In this document: positions 58,167 to 64,000 of the stretch, one piece after another | Numbering within the stretch: the first letter of the stretch is position 1 | Layout of the letters: every line of letters begins with the position of its first letter | Assembly: GCA_041751055.1 (NCBI GenBank) | Contig: JBGSYD010000015.1 | Span: 122,018 to 186,017, forward strand | DNA: 64,000 nucleotides | Reading direction: 5' to 3' | Source: Acidimicrobiia bacterium | GTDB lineage: Bacteria > Actinomycetota > Acidimicrobiia > Spongiisociales > ZC4RG35 | Translations under genes and position numbers: made by a program | Notes under the pieces: model-generated | What the model was told of the DNA's origin: nothing | Databases searched by the model: none | Seen by the model: only the letters and a program-made list of their open reading frames with translations

Positions 58167-59243
58167 ATGAAACCCGGTACGGAAGCACGAGCGATGATGC
58201 TCGTCGAGCCAAAACACTTCTCCATGACCACACTTCCGACAGGGGAAGTGGAGAGTGGTGGTTGGCTGGCGGTCGAAGCGACATCCATTTCCGGCGCCGA
58301 CGTCCAGGTCTGGAGTGGGGAGGCAACGAAGGTGGTCTATCCCCTGATTCCCGGTCACGAAGTGGTAGGCCGCATCGCCACTGAGGGCCCGAGCATCCCC
58401 TACCCGATCGGAACGCGCGTCGCCGTCGAACCGCGAATCCACTGCGGCGAGTGTCTCCGCTGTCGTCAGAACCTCGCAACCTGTATCCGGAGGAGCCCCT
58501 CGAACTCATACGGCTTCATATCGTCGACCGAGCCCCCCGGCCTGTGGGGCGGGTTGGCCGAGCTGCTGTATCTCGATCCCTTTTCACGTGTGCACGAGAT
58601 CACCGACGACGTCCCTGCCGAGGTCGCCACATTCGTGCATGCCCTTGCCGCCGGCCACACATGGGCCGTCGAGCTCCCTCAGCTCCAACCTGGCGAAGAT
58701 GTGATGATCCTGGGTCCTGGCCCGCGTGGGCTTGCCTGCCTTATCGCCGCCAAGGCTGCCGGTGCCCGGTGGGTCGGCGTTGCCGGGCTGGGTCACGACC
58801 GTGACCGTCTCGAGTTGGCAGGAATTCTCGGAGCCGACATCGCGGTCGACGTCGAATCGGTCGACCTCGCAACCGCAATCGCCGAAGCCAGCGGTCGTCG
58901 GCCCGATGTTGTTGTCGACGTCACTTCGAATGATCCAGAAGCTGTGTTCACCGCGCTCGACATGGTGCGCAGCGGAGGAAGGGTCATCCTTGCCTCAACC
59001 AAAGGAAACCGGGCTTTTCACTTCCTGTCCGATGTAATAGTCGCAAAGCAGATCACAATCAGAGGAGCCATGGCTGCCAGCACCATCGGTTATCAATGGG
59101 CGGCGCGCCAGTTGGAGACCGATCCCAGGATCGACGACCTGGTCTCGCATCAGTTTCCGCTTTCAGAGGCTCCCCGAGCCCTTCAGGCAGCCGCCGGCCT
59201 CCTGGGCCGCGAAGAGCTGATTTCGGTCGCTGTCACCTTCTGA
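58167..59243 (+). CDS. zinc-dependent medium-chain alcohol/polyol dehydrogenase
   Basis: 358 aa; GHE catalytic zinc motif, structural zinc CGECLRC, NAD GxGxxG (ILGPGPRG). Confidence 0.75.
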   Translation: MKPGTEARAMMLVEPKHFSMTTLPTGEVESGGWLAVEATSISGADVQVWSGEATKVVYPLIPGHEVVGRIATEGPSIPYPIGTRVAVEPRIHCGECLRCRQNLATCIRRSPSNSYGFISSTEPPGLWGGLAELLYLDPFSRVHEITDDVPAEVATFVHALAAGHTWAVELPQLQPGEDVMILGPGPRGLACLIAAKAAGARWVGVAGLGHDRDRLELAGILGADIAVDVESVDLATAIAEASGRRPDVVVDVTSNDPEAVFTALDMVRSGGRVILASTKGNRAFHFLSDVIVAKQITIRGAMAASTIGYQWAARQLETDPRIDDLVSHQFPLSEAPRALQAAAGLLGREELISVAVTF

Positions 59244-59244
59244 G

Positions 59245-60519
59245 ATGGCGGATCCGGCGGCAGCTGATCGCCGGTCGGTCCGGTCGTGGATTGTCTACGA
59301 CCTGGCAAACACCGTTTTCGCCTTGGGCGTCATCGGCCTGTACTTCCCTGATTGGCTGACGAGCCTCGATCAGCCCGACAGCCTTCTGGCGATAATCGAG
59401 GCATCTGCAGGGTTCGTGGTCATCTTCCTGGCGCCATGGGCCGGCGCACGCAGTGATGCGCAGGGCACGCGGATCCCTACGTTGACGACCACCACGCTTA
59501 TCGCCGTTGGTGCCACGGCCCTTTTGGGAATCAACGTCGCGACCTCGATAGTCGCCCTGGGCATTGCGTTGATCGCGTTCAACGTTGGTGCAGTGGTCTA
59601 CGACGCGTTGTTGGTGGACGTCACGACGGAATCCAACCGTGGCCGGATCTCGGGGCTCGGAATCGGGATCGGCTACCTCGGCTCCTACCTCGGGCTGATC
59701 GTCGGCATCATCACCCTCGATTTACTCGACTGGAGCTATGCCGCAACGTTTCGGGGTCTGGCAATCGTCTTCCTGGTGTTCGCCATCCCGGCTTTCCTCT
59801 TCATAAAGGAACGCCCCGGGTCAGCCGGGGCCGCCGTTCCCGGGTTCCTCGAAATCCCGCGCCGCTTGGGCAGGTCATGGAAAGCGGCAAGCCGCTATCC
59901 GGGAGTTGTTCGGTTTTTGATCAGCCGCTTTCTGTACACCGACGCCATCAACACACTCATTGGGGGCTTTCTGACGATTTTCGTGATCCAGGAGCTGGGG
60001 CTGGACCGCAATTTCGTGCAAGGGTTGCTCGGTGTCGCCATCACCACCGCAATTGCGGGCGGGATCGGCACCGGTCGCCTGGTCGAGCGTTTCGGTCCAT
60101 CTAGAGTGCTGCGGTGGGTGCTCGTGCTGTGGATGCTGGCGATCTCATTCGGGATCCTTGCCGCGGTCACCGGGGAGACGTGGTTGGCATGGACCATCGG
60201 ACCCCTGGGCGGTTTTGCCCTTGGTGCCACCTGGGCCGCGGACCGCGTGCTCATGACGCGCATCTCGCCACCCAGGTTTCTCGGCGAGTTTTACGGGCTC
60301 TACGCAACCGTTGGCCGATTCGCGACCATTCTGGGACCGCTCGTGTGGGCCATTATCGTCGACGTTCTGGACCTGGGTCGACTTGTGGCGATGGGTGCGC
60401 TGGTCGGGTTCGTGGCGATTGGCTGGTGGCTGCTGCGACGTGTGGACGACAGCCCGCGTGAATGGGATACGTCCGATCTACCGGTCGTCGGCCTCGGCCT
60501 CGGTGCCAGAGATGCCTGA
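59245..60519 (+). CDS. MFS transporter (UMF1 family)
   Basis: 424 aa; 12 TM helices; N-terminal SWIVYDLANTVF characteristic of UMF1. Confidence 0.75.
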   Translation: MADPAAADRRSVRSWIVYDLANTVFALGVIGLYFPDWLTSLDQPDSLLAIIEASAGFVVIFLAPWAGARSDAQGTRIPTLTTTTLIAVGATALLGINVATSIVALGIALIAFNVGAVVYDALLVDVTTESNRGRISGLGIGIGYLGSYLGLIVGIITLDLLDWSYAATFRGLAIVFLVFAIPAFLFIKERPGSAGAAVPGFLEIPRRLGRSWKAASRYPGVVRFLISRFLYTDAINTLIGGFLTIFVIQELGLDRNFVQGLLGVAITTAIAGGIGTGRLVERFGPSRVLRWVLVLWMLAISFGILAAVTGETWLAWTIGPLGGFALGATWAADRVLMTRISPPRFLGEFYGLYATVGRFATILGPLVWAIIVDVLDLGRLVAMGALVGFVAIGWWLLRRVDDSPREWDTSDLPVVGLGLGARDA

Positions 60520-61455
60520 AATGAGATGCTGCTCGACAGCGTAGGGAATTGGCAGATCGATGATCTCGTGGGGTCCCCTAACCAGCCGACGCCCAATCTC
60601 GGCGAACCAGGTGTCGTTGGCGAACGCCCAGGGCCAGGCTCGGATGCCCAGTCGGGCTCCGATCATTGCTCCGATCGCCGCTCCCCCGTTGCTACCGCCG
60701 ATTCTTGCCGCCTCTGCCACCGGTTCGTGGGCCTTCTCCGCAGCGGGGGCGCCAACCAAAAGGGCCGCTAGGGCAATATCCACGGGCCCGGGTGTGGCCG
60801 AGTCGGTCACCCATCGCAAGGCTTCGTCTGCTGCCTTTATGCCGTAACCGTCGATCAACTTCTGCACCCTTCGATCCGCATCGCCAACCCGGCCTGTTTC
60901 TGACAATCCCGATGATGGGTCGCCCAACTCTTCAACCGCCGGGCCTACAGCTTCGGCCACTCCCTTGATGAGGTCTCGACCTGCCTGCCCGAAACACGAC
61001 GCGGCCACTGCTGAGCTAAGGATCACACCAGCAAGAATCGACTCGGCATCGGTGTGGAACAAGGTGTTGAGATCTATTACCTCGCGGTACAACTTCTCGG
61101 GCTGACGTCGATACGAGACGCCGAGTATCGCCGACCTGCCCAGCGGATCGAGTGACGGCCGCTTGTCGGGCCTGCTGCCATGCCCGATTGAATCAAGCCA
61201 AGCCCGGAATTCGGGTGACTCTGCCCGAAACACCGGCTGTTCGTCTTTGGATCCGTCCATCTCCATGAACACATCGATGACCCGTTGACGATCGAGCTGG
61301 CCGTTTGCGATCAATTCGTAAGCAAGGACAGTCGCCTGTTCAGTCACGGCCGAGTATCCCAATTCCCAAGCTCCGCCCGCAGCATCACCTGCAGCTATGC
61401 CCAGCATCGCCCCGTCACCCTCTCCGGAAACCAACGAAAACAGTGGCTCAGACAT
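60478..61455 (-). CDS. ADP-ribosylglycohydrolase family protein
   Basis: 325 aa; N-terminal GAMLGIAAGDAAGG metal-binding motif of the ADPRH/DraG fold. Confidence 0.7.
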   Translation of the reverse strand: MSEPLFSLVSGEGDGAMLGIAAGDAAGGAWELGYSAVTEQATVLAYELIANGQLDRQRVIDVFMEMDGSKDEQPVFRAESPEFRAWLDSIGHGSRPDKRPSLDPLGRSAILGVSYRRQPEKLYREVIDLNTLFHTDAESILAGVILSSAVAASCFGQAGRDLIKGVAEAVGPAVEELGDPSSGLSETGRVGDADRRVQKLIDGYGIKAADEALRWVTDSATPGPVDIALAALLVGAPAAEKAHEPVAEAARIGGSNGGAAIGAMIGARLGIRAWPWAFANDTWFAEIGRRLVRGPHEIIDLPIPYAVEQHLISGISGTEAEADDR

Positions 61456-61489
61456 GTCAGGCCAGCGTACCCGTTACCCTAGCCATCAC

Positions 61490-62410
61490 ATGGAAAAAGC
61501 AGTCGTCGTTGCCAACCCCGTCGCATCGCAGTTCACCGGTGGAGATCACCGCGACGTCATGGCATTGCTCGACCGGACTTTTGCAGTGAGCGCCCTCTGG
61601 CCTGGCTCGGCAGCAGAGGCAGCAGAGGACACTCGTGCCGCCATTGAAGATGGAGCAACGATCGTCGTTGCAATGGGTGGTGACGGGATGGTCCACCATG
61701 TCGCGCAGGGCGTGATCGACACACCGGCAACGCTGGCGGTCATCCCGGTCGGCACCACCAATGTCATAGCTCGACTGTTCGATGTCCCATCGAATCCGGT
61801 AAAGGCCGCCAAGCTCATAGTCAGTCAGCCTGCAGCCCGGACCGTCGGCACAGTCAAGATGGACCTGACGCGGGGAACTGCGGTGACTACCCACTTCGCC
61901 CTTTTCGCGTGTGGTCTCGGGCTTGACGCAGACGTCGTCATCGAGGCCGACAAAGAGCCATACAAGAAGTACCGGTTCGGCTCATTGCACTACGCCACAA
62001 CCACCGTTGGCGTGGCCCTCAAGTCGTTTCCGAAGAAGCGCCCTCACATCGACGTCAGGAGCGGTGACAAATCTGCGGAAGCCGCCGCCGTCCTTCTTCA
62101 ATTTCGAGACGTCTACACGTATTTCGGGCGAATTCCCATAACTCTGAGCAACGAGGATCCTGATCCGCTCAACGTTCTGCTCCTCGAGCGTCTTCGGCGC
62201 CGTCGGGTCCCAGCGATCGCAGCCAAGGTCTTCATGCGCCGAGACCTCGATGAGCTGAAGGACATCGATGTCTGGACCGGCGTCGAGAGTCTGGAGGCGT
62301 CGGCCAAGCCGCCCGTCGCGGCCCAGGCCGACGGTGAGTCACTCGGCGTGGTCGACAGGGCCGAGATGATCTGGCATCCGGACTCGCTGAGAGTGATAGC
62401 TGCGCCGTGA
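61490..62410 (+). CDS. DAGK_cat-domain lipid kinase (YegS/BmrU type)
   Basis: Start at ATG 61490 (MEKAVVVANP); an earlier ATG at 61454 would overlap the divergent ADPRH start codon; GGDGM motif present. Confidence 0.7.
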   Translation: MEKAVVVANPVASQFTGGDHRDVMALLDRTFAVSALWPGSAAEAAEDTRAAIEDGATIVVAMGGDGMVHHVAQGVIDTPATLAVIPVGTTNVIARLFDVPSNPVKAAKLIVSQPAARTVGTVKMDLTRGTAVTTHFALFACGLGLDADVVIEADKEPYKKYRFGSLHYATTTVGVALKSFPKKRPHIDVRSGDKSAEAAAVLLQFRDVYTYFGRIPITLSNEDPDPLNVLLLERLRRRRVPAIAAKVFMRRDLDELKDIDVWTGVESLEASAKPPVAAQADGESLGVVDRAEMIWHPDSLRVIAAP

Positions 62411-62426
62411 ACAGGTCTCCGGGGAC

Positions 62427-63251
62427 TCAATTCTCCACTTGATAGACGGTTCGGTGCGGGAATGGGATTTCTATTCCTTCGCGATCGAACCGGATCTTTA
62501 TCCTCCGACGCGCTTCCCTCAGGGCGACCCATCGGTAGTCGGCTAAAACGGTGATCCTCGCCCGGAGGATCACAGCACTTTCCGCCAGCTCCTGCACTCC
62601 GAGGACCTCCGGTTCCTCCTGCATTCGCGGGCTCCACTCCGAATCCTGGGCCATCTGCTGCAGCTCGTCTCTCATGATCGTCATGACTTTGTCGACGTCT
62701 TGGCTGTATCCCACTCCCACGTCGAGGACTGGTCGCGCGTATACGGCTGTGAAGTTGCTGCTCACCGCAATCAATCCGTTGGGCACAAAGTGCTTGTTGC
62801 CCTCGGCGTCGCGGAGAACGGTGACCCGAAACTGGATGTTCTCGACCGTTCCCTCGGTGTCGGCGATCATCACCACATCGCCGATGTGGAACTGGTCCTC
62901 TGCCAGGATGAAGAACCCAGCGATCAAATCTTTGACCAGGCCCTGTGCCCCGAATCCGATGGCGGCCCCGAAGACGGCGCCCACCGCAACGAAGGGGCCC
63001 AGATCGACGCCCCAGATCTTCGCCACGATCACCCCTCCCAATGCCACCAGGGTGAACTGCGTCAGTCTCAGGCCGACTCTGCTCAGCGTTTCCACTCTGC
63101 GCTCGGCCTCATCAGACCTGCTCAGCATTCGGGTGAGGAGCCTGCGTCCCACGCGACGAACCAGCCAATAGACAACGAACAGGATTGCGGCGATCACCAA
63201 CGACTGGATCAGGTTGGATTGACTCTCGACCCCGATCAGATCAACAAGCAT
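62427..63251 (-). CDS. mscS: small-conductance mechanosensitive channel (MscS family)
   Basis: 274 aa; 3 TM helices followed by conserved MscS beta-domain (FHIGDVVMIADTEGTVENIQFRVTVLR). Confidence 0.8.
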   Translation of the reverse strand: MLVDLIGVESQSNLIQSLVIAAILFVVYWLVRRVGRRLLTRMLSRSDEAERRVETLSRVGLRLTQFTLVALGGVIVAKIWGVDLGPFVAVGAVFGAAIGFGAQGLVKDLIAGFFILAEDQFHIGDVVMIADTEGTVENIQFRVTVLRDAEGNKHFVPNGLIAVSSNFTAVYARPVLDVGVGYSQDVDKVMTIMRDELQQMAQDSEWSPRMQEEPEVLGVQELAESAVILRARITVLADYRWVALREARRRIKIRFDREGIEIPFPHRTVYQVEN

Positions 63252-63262
63252 GAGTTCGGAGG

Positions 63263-64000
63263 TTAACGGTCACCGGCACCACGCGTCTCAGCGATCGCCA
63301 CAGCCAGCGAAGCGAGGTTCGCCACCACGGCGGCGCGATCCTTGAGCCCGGGTCGCAGGTCAGCGTTGACCAGACCATCCAGGTACTCGACAACTTCGGC
63401 CTCTGTGACCAGCGGCCCGGTGCCAGGTGTGCCTGCCCCGGACACCTTTCGGAACCACTTCGACTTCGTGGTCACAGTAATTGCTTGCGTTTCCACGTGA
63501 CGCAGGAAGGATCTGAGGTCCTCGCCGACATGTGCTGACAGAGCCATCGCAGCTTCGGCGACGGGACCCCACAGTTGTCCCGACAGGTCGGCGAAGAAGT
63601 CCGAGAGGTGGCGGCTGGCTCCGATGAGGTCACTCTCGAGTGCTTCGTGGGCGGCTCGGTCCCGAACTCCGCCCCAGCGACGCTCAAAGTCGAGACCCGA
63701 GGCTCCACCTGCATCACCCAGGGCCACAATGGATTGCTCGAGGTCGACCAGCATCTTGTCGAGAACCGACCCCACACCAAGGTTTTTGAGACTCGTCCGC
63801 AGTTCGTCGATGCCGCCTGGCGGTGTCAGCGGAGGATTCGCTGCCACGGCCAGCACTTGTGGGTCGCTTATCCCATCGTCCTCGAGGGCCTTGACGAAGT
63901 CAGCAACGATGTCTCCGATCTCCGCCTTCGGGACCCGGTCGACCTGATTCAGAGCGAAGAGAAACTGCGACTGGTAAGCCCGAAGCGGCCTGATGAACCC
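63263..64000 (-). CDS. hypothetical protein, 5'-partial (reading frame open to window edge)
   Basis: Track lists a GTG start at 63856, but the same frame has no stop in the remaining 48 codons up to position 64000, so the gene most likely begins outside the window. Confidence 0.45.
   Translation of the reverse strand, partial: GFIRPLRAYQSQFLFALNQVDRVPKAEIGDIVADFVKALEDDGISDPQVLAVAANPPLTPPGGIDELRTSLKNLGVGSVLDKMLVDLEQSIVALGDAGGASGLDFERRWGGVRDRAAHEALESDLIGASRHLSDFFADLSGQLWGPVAEAAMALSAHVGEDLRSFLRHVETQAITVTTKSKWFRKVSGAGTPGTGPLVTEAEVVEYLDGLVNADLRPGLKDRAAVVANLASLAVAIAETRGAGDR

Noticed and set aside
1-64000. CRISPR arrays, IS elements, integrases, phage genes
   Set aside because: No direct-repeat/spacer periodicity, transposase- or integrase-like ORFs or phage structural genes were recognised anywhere in the window

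Overview
This is a high-GC (about 63-65%) chromosomal segment, probably actinobacterial, that is almost entirely ordinary protein-coding DNA. Genes are tightly packed and many neighbours share ATGA or GTGA overlaps, which points to translational coupling. I found no rRNA, CRISPR array, transposase, integrase or phage genes; a partial tRNA-like T-loop motif at the window start was rejected.

Gene content in order:
- 222-8942: housekeeping and miscellaneous enzymes, including a DUF3179-family lipoprotein, a YpfJ-type zinc peptidase, Mug glycosylase, an NfuA-like protein, an ATP-grasp protein, thiamine pyrophosphokinase, ATP-dependent PEP carboxykinase and an L,D-transpeptidase.
- 8958-14986: a minus-strand beta-oxidation cluster with a methyl-branched signature. 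It holds an alpha-methylacyl-CoA racemase-like CoA transferase, FadD, an acyl-CoA dehydrogenase, and a split MFE-2-like pair (SDR gene followed by a MaoC hydratase gene).
- 15001-21137: a five-gene peptide/nickel ABC importer, written here as dppABCDF. A diverged 189-nt remnant of a second dppB 3' end lies downstream of it, and a GC-rich hairpin sits between the binding-protein gene and the first permease gene.
- 21314-27074: AI-2E transporter, an Acs-family acyl-CoA synthetase, a VOC protein, a DJ-1/PfpI protein, an SDR and murI.
- 27071-32080: menaquinone genes. menF faces a minus-strand operon of menC-menD that is co-oriented with, and overlaps by 4 nt, a lipoprotein cytochrome c and manC.
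- 32125-36389: a disordered acidic protein and gcvP, which is preceded by a single-aptamer glycine riboswitch.
- 36451-43973: a cation/H+ antiporter fused to two universal stress protein (Usp) domains, ychF, gpsA, and an ECF sigma factor with an overlapping candidate anti-sigma gene.
- 44121-50264: the most notable feature. It is a four-gene operon encoding HerA, then an SbcD/Mre11-like nuclease, then a short SbcC/Rad50 carrying a CPVC zinc hook, then a NurA-like protein. All four genes are co-oriented, and the last three are joined by ATGA overlaps. This is the same order as the archaeal DNA end-resection operon.
- 50338-64000: a GpgS-like glycosyltransferase and assorted membrane proteins. 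Two paralogous lipoprotein sugar dehydrogenase (SGDH-like) genes bracket a secreted thermonuclease that carries a lamin-tail domain. The final reading frame stays open to the window edge, so that gene is 5'-partial.
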